Positions 9,818 through 19,556 of a DNA stretch of 64,000 nucleotides are shown in pieces. A model generated the notes under the pieces. The model saw nothing but the letters and a program-made list of their open reading frames with translations, was not told where the DNA came from and did not search any database. Made by a program: the position numbers and the translations under genes. How positions within the stretch are numbered: the stretch's first letter is position 1; every line of letters starts with the position of its first letter. This DNA comes from Vulcanimicrobiota bacterium (GTDB taxonomy: Bacteria > Vulcanimicrobiota > Xenobia > Xenobiales > JADMJV01), in NCBI GenBank assembly GCA_050250895.1, contig JBFWNU010000001.1:3315557-3379556 (forward strand). The letters run 5' to 3'.

Positions 9818-11107
9818 CTAGTGGCCGGGGGGTTTCATCGGGTCTGAGGGAGGCATCGGCCAGACCAGGTCGGGGCGCTCAAAGACGCCGCCAAAGAAGT
9901 CGAGAATGCCGGGCCAGCGGTCGTCGAAGTCGGCCCAGTTGTACTCGGTGACCCGGGGCGTCAGGGGGTTGTGGTCGCGGGCCGGCAGGTGCTTGGCAAA
10001 GCCGGCATAGCTCCAGCCCCAATCGGGCAGCGGCACGGCCACTCCCGGGGTGAGAGCGGCGAAGAGGGCGGCGCGGTCGACCTCGCCCGGCTTGACTTCG
10101 CCGGGAGTGAACGCGGCCTGGGCTATGTCGTGCTGCTCGCGATAGGCCATCAAGATGCCAGCCATCTCCACCAGGCGATTGCGCAGGCGCAGGTCGTCGA
10201 CCGAGCCGGCCTTTTGATAGAGCGCGTAGCCCACCACCAGAAAGTTGCGGTGATCCAGGCCGGTGAACTGGTCGAAGTGAGTGGGTAGGGGACCGTCGCC
10301 CTCGACCGCCGGCATGAGGCCGGCGTAGATGGTGCGGGCCTGGTCAGGCGAGGATGGAGTCGAGAGGCTGAAGCCGTCGAGCACGTCCTCGGCCGTCAGG
10401 CCGGGCCCGAAGCGACGGCGGAAGTGGCAGAAGTCCTGGGCGCTCACGCCCAGCTCTTCGAAGATCTTCCGATTGCCATCTTCGAGCGTATTGCGGGCGG
10501 TGCGGGCCACCGCCAGCAGACGCTCGGTGAAGTTGGCTCCGGGAGCCGTCTTGGTCAAAGCGAGCAAACGCTGGCTCGAGACGAAGATGGTGCGAGGATC
10601 GAGGGCTCCGTCGGTCAGGCCGAGCAGCAGCAGACCGCAGATGCGCTGGGTTTCGTCGACCACTCCGTTGAGTTCGGCTCCGCCGGCCAGCTCGGCCGCC
10701 TGGGCCCTCAGCCGCTCGTCGGGGTTGTCTGAGGCGGCCCAGCCCTCCAGCAGGCGTTCGGCCCGCCCGGCCATCACCATGCCCAGGCCCGCCTGGCGCG
10801 AGGCCCAGGGTCCAAAACCAAACCACGACGGGCTGGTGGTGATCTGGCTGGGATAACCCGGGTCATACTCGCTTTGCAACAGGTGGGAAAATTGCGAATA
10901 GCTGGCCGTGATCTGCTGGTTGAGCTCTTCATAGCGAAGGCCGCGGGCTAGAATGCCGCGCACGTCGGGAATCTCGGGCTGAGTGAAGACAGGGCGCGAG
11001 GGCAGGGGCTCAAGGCGAGGCGCGGGCTCGAACCGATCCAACGACAGGAGGACCTCTCGCGGACGCGAGAGAGTCACCGCTTTCGGAGTGGCAGCGCAGA
11101 TCTTCAC
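9818..11107 (-). CDS. Hypothetical protein (possibly DUF2515-like)
   Basis: 429-aa ORF. NQQITASY...WFGFGPWASRQAG, LEDGNRKIFEELG and YNWADFDDRW resemble the DUF2515-type pattern from recall. Family call is weak. Confidence 0.7.
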   Translation of the reverse strand: MKICAATPKAVTLSRPREVLLSLDRFEPAPRLEPLPSRPVFTQPEIPDVRGILARGLRYEELNQQITASYSQFSHLLQSEYDPGYPSQITTSPSWFGFGPWASRQAGLGMVMAGRAERLLEGWAASDNPDERLRAQAAELAGGAELNGVVDETQRICGLLLLGLTDGALDPRTIFVSSQRLLALTKTAPGANFTERLLAVARTARNTLEDGNRKIFEELGVSAQDFCHFRRRFGPGLTAEDVLDGFSLSTPSSPDQARTIYAGLMPAVEGDGPLPTHFDQFTGLDHRNFLVVGYALYQKAGSVDDLRLRNRLVEMAGILMAYREQHDIAQAAFTPGEVKPGEVDRAALFAALTPGVAVPLPDWGWSYAGFAKHLPARDHNPLTPRVTEYNWADFDDRWPGILDFFGGVFERPDLVWPMPPSDPMKPPGH

Positions 11108-11193
11108 GTCTTTTTCTAACCCTCCAGGCCGAGCCTGAGGTTAACAGCCTGTAAATTCAGAAGTCTTTCATTCCTCTTTTCTACACTCACCGT

Positions 11194-13626
11194 ATGCAGA
11201 TCGGTTTCGTTCGCCATGTCCATCCGCCCGTCACCCGCCGGGCCGGCTCGGCCGCGCCCTCGCCAGCCGACCAGCCGAGCGCCACCGACGCGGTGGAGTT
11301 GAGCGGCGGCACCAGCCGGGTCTTGTTTAGCGAGGCAGCGCGCCTGAATCTTTTGCCTAGCTCGGCGGCCGTTCCAGGGCCCCTGGGTGCGGTGCTCAGC
11401 CAGGCTGCCCAGGATGACCTGAAGGCTCTCTTTGGCCAGTTCGAGGCGGCCGGCCTCGAATTCCATAAGTGTGTCACTCCCCGCCACTATCGCACCTTCC
11501 AAGACAAGCACGCCCTCTCCCCTGATGAACTGACCGAGCGCGTGCTCTCTTCGGCTGCCGGCACCCAGGATCAGGGGCGTTTTGGCTATCTCGTCGTCCA
11601 CGGTCCGGGAATGGAGGCCGCTCGCGTCGACGATCTGGCCGACCTGCAAAGCCTGCAAGCTTTCGTGCTTGACAAAGACACCTCACAGCTGGCTCAGCCC
11701 CGTCTGGCCGACCAGTTGCTCAAGCTCGAAGAGCGTGGTTTTCAGCCTTTGCTGACCGAGCGCGAGGTCGACGAGTCGGGCTCGGTGACGGGCGGAGCCT
11801 ATCGTGCCGCCGTGTCCATCCGCAAAGTCGGGGCCTACGGCGCCTATCGCGCTTTGACCGGGGCGGGCGAGGAGAACTTGCTCTGGACCCGCAAAGGGCA
11901 GTCCGACGCCCACCGCCTGCAGACAGCGGCTGATGTGGGCCCCTTAGCCTATTTTGAACTCGATCAACCGGGCTGGGAGCCTGACGAGCTGGCCACCTCG
12001 ATCAAAGGGCTGGCCGACCAGGGCTACTCCTTCACCAACGGCAACGATCAGGTCGATCCGCTGGCCGCTCACAACCGCTACAGCTCCTGGAGCAGCACCG
12101 AGCTAGCGGTGGGTGTGCTGGGCAATGGGGGCAGGCGCTCGACCAGGGAACAGGTGCTCAACCCCGAATTGCTCGACCCGGCGGTGCTGGCTCTGGGCGA
12201 GTTCTTCAACGAGAAGATTCGCGGCCAGGGCAGCCCCCAGGAAGAAGAATTGACCGTCCGCATCCTGGCCTTCGAGCCTCCCGGCGGAACCCTGACCGAA
12301 CGTCATCAGGCCCTGATGGACTTGCGCCAGCTCGAAGCCGACCACGAGCCGCAGCTCGAATCGATCCAGAAGCTGGGCCGAGCCGGCTGGAACATCCGCG
12401 AGCTGCTCAAGCTGCGCAACCCCGACGAGCCTCTCTCGGAACTCGTCGACGCTTATCGCCAGGTGCGGGCCGACCTGCCTCACGGCGTGGCCGTCAAGGC
12501 TCTGGCTTTCTTTCGCCAGGACCTGCCCGGGCGCAGCGTCGACGCCGAGGACTACGCCACCCAGCGCAGCGAGTTGACCGAGCTAGCCCGCGGCACCACC
12601 AGCTTCGAGCAGATTCCGCTGGCTCACGAACTGATTCGTCCCGATCTGATGCCCGAGAGCTTCGCTGAGCGGGTTGATGTCTTTCATACCATGGTGGAGG
12701 CCTATCGCGAGCTTCCCATGGAAGAGGTGGGCACCTTCGATCGGCGCCAGCCCGAGCAAGAAGCCGTCGACGACTATCGCTTTCTGCTGGCCGGTCGCCG
12801 CCCGGGTCAGGGGCTGGCCGAGGCCAGCAACGGTTTGGTCCAGACACACCAGCAACTGGCTGCACGCATAGGCTTTAAAGGCAGCCGCGAGGTCTTTGGG
12901 CGCTTTCAGAAACTGGGTCTCGATTCGCTCGCGGGTTATCTGGCCGGCATCGGCCAGGTGCTCGACCAGCTCGAGCAAGCCCGCGGGGCCGACAAGCCCG
13001 GTAAAGAGTTGACTCAGGATTACAACACGGTCCTGCGCCATCGCCAGGTGGGTCAGGACCTCGACCAGGCGGGCTCGGCCCTGGCCCGGCTCCACCGCGA
13101 GGTGGGCTCACGAGTCGGCTGGGAGCAGAGCCGCGTTGGCTACGGCCAGTTACAGAGCCGCTTCGAGCGGGGCCAGTTCGGCGGGGCGAGCTTCGAGCAG
13201 GCGGTCGAGCAGTACGTGGGCGAGCAGAAGAACGTGCTCGACCGACTCGATGGCGCCTATGACGGCAAAAATCCCGAGCTGGCCGAGGATTATCAGGCCA
13301 TGCTCACCGAGCGACCGGCTGGCCATTCGGCCGAAGAGGGAGCCGAATTGTTAGGCGCCCTGGCGCTGGCGCTGCGAGGCAAGGCCAGGCCCGAAGAGTC
13401 GCGCAAGCTCTACATCCGGATGGTGCAGGAGCATCAGAAGGGCGTCTTTGGCGAACGCTCGCCCCGCCAGGTCGTGAGCGATTTCTTGCAGGCCATGACC
13501 CTGACCGACGACCGGGCCAAGGCCTATACCGTGGCCCGTTTCGGCTCGCCCGCCGGCCAGGACATCTCCTTTGACGACGACCAGGTCATCATCGGCGATT
13601 TCCATCTGCCCATCGAATCCCTCTAG
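11194..13626 (+). CDS. Hypothetical helical-repeat protein
   Basis: 810-aa ORF with internal repeats (DDYRFLLAGRRPGQGLAEA / QDYNTVLRHRQVGQDLDQA / EDYQAMLTERPAGHSAEEG). C-terminus ISFDDDQVIIGDFHL. Confidence 0.85.
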   Translation: MQIGFVRHVHPPVTRRAGSAAPSPADQPSATDAVELSGGTSRVLFSEAARLNLLPSSAAVPGPLGAVLSQAAQDDLKALFGQFEAAGLEFHKCVTPRHYRTFQDKHALSPDELTERVLSSAAGTQDQGRFGYLVVHGPGMEAARVDDLADLQSLQAFVLDKDTSQLAQPRLADQLLKLEERGFQPLLTEREVDESGSVTGGAYRAAVSIRKVGAYGAYRALTGAGEENLLWTRKGQSDAHRLQTAADVGPLAYFELDQPGWEPDELATSIKGLADQGYSFTNGNDQVDPLAAHNRYSSWSSTELAVGVLGNGGRRSTREQVLNPELLDPAVLALGEFFNEKIRGQGSPQEEELTVRILAFEPPGGTLTERHQALMDLRQLEADHEPQLESIQKLGRAGWNIRELLKLRNPDEPLSELVDAYRQVRADLPHGVAVKALAFFRQDLPGRSVDAEDYATQRSELTELARGTTSFEQIPLAHELIRPDLMPESFAERVDVFHTMVEAYRELPMEEVGTFDRRQPEQEAVDDYRFLLAGRRPGQGLAEASNGLVQTHQQLAARIGFKGSREVFGRFQKLGLDSLAGYLAGIGQVLDQLEQARGADKPGKELTQDYNTVLRHRQVGQDLDQAGSALARLHREVGSRVGWEQSRVGYGQLQSRFERGQFGGASFEQAVEQYVGEQKNVLDRLDGAYDGKNPELAEDYQAMLTERPAGHSAEEGAELLGALALALRGKARPEESRKLYIRMVQEHQKGVFGERSPRQVVSDFLQAMTLTDDRAKAYTVARFGSPAGQDISFDDDQVIIGDFHLPIESL

Positions 13627-15217
13627 ACCTGACTGGCTGTTGCTCGAACGGCAGCTCCATCCACTCTTTCCAGGGCGGGACCGGGTCGTCCATCGGCCGG
13701 TCGAATTCATAGTAGGAGTACACGGCGCCCTCGCTCCAGTAGAGGCGGCCTTGATACGGAACAATGACGACCAGCCGCAAAGGACGTCCCGAACCGGCAT
13801 AGCGCTGGGTGCCGGTGGAGAGCTCGCTGGCAATGGGGGTCAGCACCCCCGCTGGCTGGGGCGGGTGAGCGATGTTGGTGCGGTTGAGCGAGAGTGCCTT
13901 GAGCTCTTCGCCGTAGTTGGCCAGAAATTCTAGTTGTTGGTGCGAGAATGGCTGGTCCTCGAGTTCTACCCAGGCCATCTCGGCGAGCTGGCCACACAAG
14001 CTTTCCAGTCGCAGGAAGTCAGCCTCGGTCGGCACCGACTCTCCCCGGCCAAAGAACTGCTCGAACTGTCGATACGACATCGACTCGACATCGAGGCTGC
14101 TGCCCTGGTTGGATCTCGCCCGGTAGGCACGCTTGAGTTCGCGCTTTTGACGGACCTGCAACTCGGCCATGGTCTCGAAGACTCCGGCCGCGACCAGGGC
14201 TTGGCGCGTGCGTTTGGTGAGCATCTGCATGCGCTGGAAGAACTCGGGGGCCGGCTCCACATATCCGCTAAAGCGATTCTCTTTGAGAGTGCCCCCCATG
14301 TAATAGGAATTATCTTTGGTGGCGCGGTCCAGGGTGTGCTCGAGTTCGGCCCAGCCTCCCAGCTGGGTGTTCAGGGTCTTGCGCTGCCAAACGCTGCTAT
14401 CCATGAAGCTGGGATATCCGGGGCCGTGGTGAGACAGCGAGGCCAGGGCCAGGATGGTGTCCTGATAGATCGAATCGTGGGCCTGCAAAGAGTCGCGCAA
14501 GACGCTTTGCCGGTCGGGGTCGAGGTCGAGGCTCGGGTGACCCAGCAAAAAGGCGATGTCGTTGCCCTCGGGGATGTCGTTGCAGTTCGAGAAGACGGCC
14601 TGAAAGGCCAGGTTCTTCAGAGTGAGCCCCTGCGGCATGATGCGCATCCCCTCCACCGGCACCCCCCGGTCGACCACCCGCGGCGCGACCACCGGGGGAC
14701 GGCCAGCGAGAAAGCTCTCTGGGCCCGGGTCGTCGGCTGAACCGGCCAGCTCGAGGTCCAGGCGCCTGATTCGCTCATACAGCTGCCAGTCTGGACTAGC
14801 CCGAAGTTTGTTGCTCAAAGCCACGCATCTGGCCAGCTGCTCATCACTTTCAAAGGGCAGAGGCTCGCCCAGGTCGGGCAGACCGAGTTCGTTTTTCAGG
14901 CGCTCCTCCAGGGGATCGCGCACCTTCCCATGGAATTCGACCAGAGTGTCGTTGAGCAACGACTGATAGGCATGGAAGAGGCTGTCGCTGGTGATGAAGG
15001 GAGCCGGGTTCAGCAAGTATGCTTCATAGAAGTCCAGGTGCTCGCCGGGCCCGAGCCAGCAGGCATTCTCCGCCAACTCGGCCCGCGCTTCCAGTGGTTG
15101 CAGCCCTTCAACCTCGGTCAGAGGGGGGCTCAGTTGATAGGGCGTTAGCTTCGCCAGGCGCGGTTCGGCTTGGCATCCGAGCATCAGCAGAGCGAGTAGG
15201 AGCGCATGTCGTCGCAT
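13589..15217 (-). CDS. DUF3160-family lipoprotein
   Basis: Lipobox LMLGC; motifs FITSDSLFHAY, KTLNTQLGGWAELEH, GYVEPAPEFF and GAVYSYYEF. Confidence 0.8.
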   Translation of the reverse strand: MRRHALLLALLMLGCQAEPRLAKLTPYQLSPPLTEVEGLQPLEARAELAENACWLGPGEHLDFYEAYLLNPAPFITSDSLFHAYQSLLNDTLVEFHGKVRDPLEERLKNELGLPDLGEPLPFESDEQLARCVALSNKLRASPDWQLYERIRRLDLELAGSADDPGPESFLAGRPPVVAPRVVDRGVPVEGMRIMPQGLTLKNLAFQAVFSNCNDIPEGNDIAFLLGHPSLDLDPDRQSVLRDSLQAHDSIYQDTILALASLSHHGPGYPSFMDSSVWQRKTLNTQLGGWAELEHTLDRATKDNSYYMGGTLKENRFSGYVEPAPEFFQRMQMLTKRTRQALVAAGVFETMAELQVRQKRELKRAYRARSNQGSSLDVESMSYRQFEQFFGRGESVPTEADFLRLESLCGQLAEMAWVELEDQPFSHQQLEFLANYGEELKALSLNRTNIAHPPQPAGVLTPIASELSTGTQRYAGSGRPLRLVVIVPYQGRLYWSEGAVYSYYEFDRPMDDPVPPWKEWMELPFEQQPVRSRGIRWADGNRR

Positions 15218-15291
15218 ATCGACCAGACGATCAGCGGGCTTAGAAAGTTCGATGTTCGGAAGAGCGGTATTTTCTGCTAGTATAGGAGCGC

Positions 15292-16383
15292 ATGAAGAAG
15301 ATTGCTCTCACCCTTTTGCTCCTCAGCGCGTGCGCCCTGGCGCAGCCACTACGTCCTGTGGTAGGTCAGGACGAAACCATCACCGCTACCAGCAGCGACG
15401 ACCTCTACACTCTTGGCCGCCATTATCGGCTCGGGCTCGAGCATCTGGCTTTCGCCAACAACCTGGCCATCAGCCTGGCCCCGGTCGGGCCCACCCAGCT
15501 CGTCTTGCCCAGGCGGCGCGTTCTGCCGGCCAACCCGCCCACCGACGGGTTGGTCTTGAACCTCCCCGAACGGGGCATCTTCTTGTTCAAAGAAGGAAAG
15601 TTCAAGGCTTTCTATCCGGTGGCCGTGGGCAGCCCTGACCGCCAGACGCCGGTGGGCGAGTACAAGATCATCGTGCGCACCGTCAACCCTACCTGGTTGC
15701 CACCCGAGTGGGCGGGCATCTCCGAGCCCGTGGGCCCGGGTCCCGAGAATCCTTTGGGGGACCGCTGGATGGGCTTGAGCCGACCGGGTTACGGCATTCA
15801 CTCCACCAACAGCCCGAGTTCCATCGGCGGGGCCGTCTCGCACGGCTGCATCCGCATGTATCCCGAACTGGCGCGGGAGTTGTTCGAGCGGGTCAAGGTC
15901 GGCATGCCGGTGCGAATCGAGTATGAGCCGGTCAAGCTTGGCTGGGACGAGGAGCAGTGCGAACTCTACCTTTGCGTCCTGCCGGACATGTACGGCAAGG
16001 TCAACCTGATGGCCGAGGCCGAACGCAAGTTGGCCGAAGTGGGAGCCACCGATCTGGTCGATCCGACCCGCCTGAAGGTACTGGTGGACAGAGCCTCGGG
16101 CAAAGCCGAGAAGCTGGCTGGAGGCCGGGTGCTGGTCAGGGTCGATGGCAACGAGAGCCGACCTCCCGGCTTGATCCGCGAGGGCCGGCTCTGGGTTGGC
16201 ACCGAGCTGCTCGAGCAACTGGGCGTGGTTCCTGGCGAGGAGTTGCCCACGGTGACGCTCGCCAGCCACCGGCTGATGCCGGTGGCCGACGTGCTGCCTC
16301 GCTACGGCTATACGCCGGTGTGGGAGAACGGCAGCTTGCGAGTCGAGCGCGTCAAGATGGATTCCCCCCCATTAACTGATTGA
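15292..16383 (+). CDS. L,D-transpeptidase (YkuD/ErfK family), secreted
   Basis: GGAG RBS, signal peptide, YPVAVG, NPLGDRWMGL and the catalytic motif YGIHSTN...SHGCIRM. Confidence 0.93.
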   Translation: MKKIALTLLLLSACALAQPLRPVVGQDETITATSSDDLYTLGRHYRLGLEHLAFANNLAISLAPVGPTQLVLPRRRVLPANPPTDGLVLNLPERGIFLFKEGKFKAFYPVAVGSPDRQTPVGEYKIIVRTVNPTWLPPEWAGISEPVGPGPENPLGDRWMGLSRPGYGIHSTNSPSSIGGAVSHGCIRMYPELARELFERVKVGMPVRIEYEPVKLGWDEEQCELYLCVLPDMYGKVNLMAEAERKLAEVGATDLVDPTRLKVLVDRASGKAEKLAGGRVLVRVDGNESRPPGLIREGRLWVGTELLEQLGVVPGEELPTVTLASHRLMPVADVLPRYGYTPVWENGSLRVERVKMDSPPLTD

Positions 16384-17668
16384 GTCGTTCGGGAGTTCGT
16401 TCTTCGGGGGGCAGGGCCAGAAACTCGCGCACGCCGCTCGAGAGCACGAGGCTCGAAGAGCACGACGAGATGCTAGCGAAGGTGGCCTGCTTGCGCACCT
16501 CGTTGTAGGCTCCATTGTCGAGGTTTTTGAGCAGGCGGGTCAGCTGTTGGGTGTGGTGGTCGAGTTCGGGCGAAGAGCCCGCTTCGGCCAGGAAGTCGAG
16601 GCCTGCCTCGACGGTGGTGCGGGCCCGGTCGAACTTCTTGGTGTCGATCATGCGCACGGCTTTTTTGAGGGCCCGGGCGGCCAGTTGCACGGCCCGCTTG
16701 CGCATGACTTCGGCCTGAAACGGAAACTCGCTGAGCTGTCCGTAGGGCGCCACCGGCAGGATCAGCCGCTGGTGGAAGTGGTGGCGCTCGCCGCTCTGGC
16801 AGTCAGTCCAGGCCAGGCGAAAGTCGGCCAGTTCCAGCGGCTCGGGACAGGCGGGCACGAGGAACTCGAAGACCACTTCGGTAGGGCAGCCGCGGACCAG
16901 ATCATTCAGTTTGAAGCGACCTTCCAGGGTTCGGTCGAGCGGGTTATAGACCCGCAGGAGTTCGACCCCGTTGAGGGCTTCCACGCCCAGGGTGGGGCTG
17001 CGGCCGTAGGTGCGGGCCAGCCCCTGTAGCTCGATCTGGAAGAAGGGACCCAGCTGGTCCGAGTCTTGCACGTGATAGAAGTTGCCTCCCCCGGCCTGGG
17101 CCATGCCCGCCAGCAGATCCTCGTTGTAGTGAAGCCCCAGGCCGACGGTGGTGGTAGTGACCCCGCGGCGCTGCCAGTCGGCCACCTCGGCCGCGACGCG
17201 GTCGGGATCGGTGAGACCCTCGTTGGCTTGCCCGTCCGAGAGCAGAATGACCCGGTTGAGGCGGGTGGGCTCGCTGCCGTGCTCGGCCTGCCGACAGGCC
17301 GTGTGCCAGCCCATGTGAAGGGCCGTGCATCCGTCGACCTGGATGGCCTGCAATTGGGTGAGGAGCGGGCCCGGGTCTTCCATGGTGCGACAGCCGGCCA
17401 GCACCTGGGCGTGGCTGCCGAAGGCCACCAGACTGGCTTTGTCGCTGGGACTCAGGCGCTCTACCAGGTGGGTGGCCGCTTGCTTGGCGTGGGCCAGGGG
17501 CAGGCCCGCCATCGAGCCGGAGCGGTCCAGGCAGAGGGCCAGGTTGAGATCGGGACGGGTTACCTCTTCTGCGAGTGGAGCTTCGATGCGAACCAGCAGT
17601 TGCAGAGTGGTAGGGCTGTCGTTGGCTACGACGGGTCGATGGGCGATGAGTTGCAGGGTGGGTTTCAT
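16352..17668 (-). CDS. von Willebrand factor A domain protein (YfbK/CLCA-like)
   Basis: MIDAS motif LDRSGSM, ILLSDGQANEG and TVGLGLHYNEDLL. AAGGAGG RBS precedes the ATG at 17668. Confidence 0.9.
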   Translation of the reverse strand: MKPTLQLIAHRPVVANDSPTTLQLLVRIEAPLAEEVTRPDLNLALCLDRSGSMAGLPLAHAKQAATHLVERLSPSDKASLVAFGSHAQVLAGCRTMEDPGPLLTQLQAIQVDGCTALHMGWHTACRQAEHGSEPTRLNRVILLSDGQANEGLTDPDRVAAEVADWQRRGVTTTTVGLGLHYNEDLLAGMAQAGGGNFYHVQDSDQLGPFFQIELQGLARTYGRSPTLGVEALNGVELLRVYNPLDRTLEGRFKLNDLVRGCPTEVVFEFLVPACPEPLELADFRLAWTDCQSGERHHFHQRLILPVAPYGQLSEFPFQAEVMRKRAVQLAARALKKAVRMIDTKKFDRARTTVEAGLDFLAEAGSSPELDHHTQQLTRLLKNLDNGAYNEVRKQATFASISSCSSSLVLSSGVREFLALPPEERTPERLNQLMGGNPS

Positions 17669-17717
17669 ACTAGCCTCCTTCACGTCCCGAGGCTAACTCG
17701 ACCCACTCAAACCCGAC

Positions 17718-19556
17718 TCAAAAATCGGTCAGCTCGAAGTAGAGTCGAGCGAGTTCGGAAGGGGGCGGCAGATCGAGTTCGGCTTTGAAGGCCCGCACGC
17801 AGGCGTGGTAGGTTCGCACCGCCTCGGCCCGGAGTTCGAGGGCGACGTAGCATTCCATCAGGCCCTGATAGGCCGCTTCGCAGCAGTTGTCTTGGAGTAA
17901 TACTCGTTCCCACCACTCCACCGCCTGGGTCAGCTTGCCGCGCTGGCGGAAATACGCGGCCAACAGATTGCGGCACTCGGTCAGCTGATCGGCCAGACGT
18001 AGACGCAGTTCGCCACCCCACTCCTCGAAGGCGCCGGCCAGGAAGTCGCCGCGGGCCAGTCGCTCGGCTTGCTGTAACTGGGCCAGAGCCTCTTCCCAGC
18101 GGTGTTCGCGCGCGGCCTCGCGTCCTCGTTGGTAAGCTTTCTCGAACTGGTCGACATCGACCCAAAGGTGGGCCAGGCGATAGCCTTCAGGTCCCCGTTC
18201 TAGCGCGTCCCGCCCTTCTTCTCCAAGGGCCTTGCGGATCTGGGACACGCTGTTCTGTAGCGAATGGCGGGCTCGGGGGCCTCCGCGAGGCCAAAACTGC
18301 TCCATCAAGACCTCTTCGTGGATCATCTGACCGAGGTGGGCGGCCAGATAGGCCAGCAGCTTGCGATCCTTGCGACTGGGAAAGGCGTCTTCGGGCAAGA
18401 CCTGGCCGTCCCGGGTGACTTCGAAGCCACCAAAGAGGAAGATCTTCAGGCGTTCCTGGGGGGGCGGCTGCTCTAGCCGGGAAAGCCCCGCTTCGTCCTC
18501 CCAGAGGGTGAAGAGCTCGCGAGCCCGGACCAGGTCGACCTGCTGGCCAAGACGGGCCAGTTGCACCAGGCTCTCGGCCTCGACCAGGTCGAGACGGTGG
18601 GTCCGGGAATACTCCAACAGCTGTCGAGCTCGCCCAGCCGCCCGTTCGGGCTGGCCCGCGCTTTGCCAGAGGCGAACCTGAGCCTGATGGATGCGGGCCA
18701 CCTGCTCGAACTGTCCATCCGCCAGCTGAGTGGCTCGCTGGTACAATTCGTCTGCCTCGACCCAGCGGCCCAGTTCGCGGTGCTTGTCGGCCAGGCGAAC
18801 CAGGTTCTCGAAGCTGGTGGTGTCCTCGAGGGCCAGCTCGACCTGGTCGGGTATTTCTTCGAGCATCTCGGCCAGTTCGGGGTCGGCGCTCTGAGGATCG
18901 GCGGCGGCCATCACCAATCGGGCCTCGAGCAGCGCGGGCGAGCCGGTCTGGAAGGCGGCCACCACGGTGGCCAGACGCTGCAGACCGGGCCAGCTGGCCA
19001 GAGCCCGAGGCTCGAGGTCGTGTAGCAGCGCGGCCAGATAGACCAGCCGGCTGCGCTGGGGGGAAAAGCCAAGCCGGCCCGCCAGCCCGGCCGCGCGCGC
19101 GGCCAGCGGGCCGTGGTCGTGTTTTTGCAGGTGGTCCAGCAGGCGAAAGAGCTGGTCGGTCGAGCCTGGTTGGGGCCGGATGGCGCGCCGGCGATAGTCC
19201 TCGAGCACCCGTTTGAGACTGGCTAAAAAGACGTGGCCGTCAAAAGGCTTAAGCAGATAGTCGTCGACTTTGAGCTTGAGAGCAGTGATGGGGGTGTCGG
19301 GACTGGCGTAACCGGTAATCACGATGGCGCGGGCCTCGGGCAGATGGCGCCGGATCTCGGAGAGAGCATCCAGACCATTCATCCCGGGCATACGAATGTC
19401 ACACACTACCAGGTCGAAGCTCCGCTGGCGAGCCAGCTCGATGGCTTCGGGTCCGCTGGCGGCGCCGGCCACCTGGTAGCCGGCCTCTTCGGCGGCCATC
19501 TCCAGGCTTTCGCGCATCAGCTCGTCGTCGTCGACGATCAGGACTCGGGCCGACAC
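17718..19556 (-). CDS. Response regulator: REC, degenerate HD-like, TPR-like and SARP/BTAD domains
   Basis: VLIVDDD, DLVVCDIRMPG and YLLKPF (REC); AALLHD; LFGGFEV...WVDVDQFE...EAAYQGLMECY (wHTH-BTAD). Confidence 0.88.
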   Translation of the reverse strand: MSARVLIVDDDELMRESLEMAAEEAGYQVAGAASGPEAIELARQRSFDLVVCDIRMPGMNGLDALSEIRRHLPEARAIVITGYASPDTPITALKLKVDDYLLKPFDGHVFLASLKRVLEDYRRRAIRPQPGSTDQLFRLLDHLQKHDHGPLAARAAGLAGRLGFSPQRSRLVYLAALLHDLEPRALASWPGLQRLATVVAAFQTGSPALLEARLVMAAADPQSADPELAEMLEEIPDQVELALEDTTSFENLVRLADKHRELGRWVEADELYQRATQLADGQFEQVARIHQAQVRLWQSAGQPERAAGRARQLLEYSRTHRLDLVEAESLVQLARLGQQVDLVRARELFTLWEDEAGLSRLEQPPPQERLKIFLFGGFEVTRDGQVLPEDAFPSRKDRKLLAYLAAHLGQMIHEEVLMEQFWPRGGPRARHSLQNSVSQIRKALGEEGRDALERGPEGYRLAHLWVDVDQFEKAYQRGREAAREHRWEEALAQLQQAERLARGDFLAGAFEEWGGELRLRLADQLTECRNLLAAYFRQRGKLTQAVEWWERVLLQDNCCEAAYQGLMECYVALELRAEAVRTYHACVRAFKAELDLPPPSELARLYFELTDF

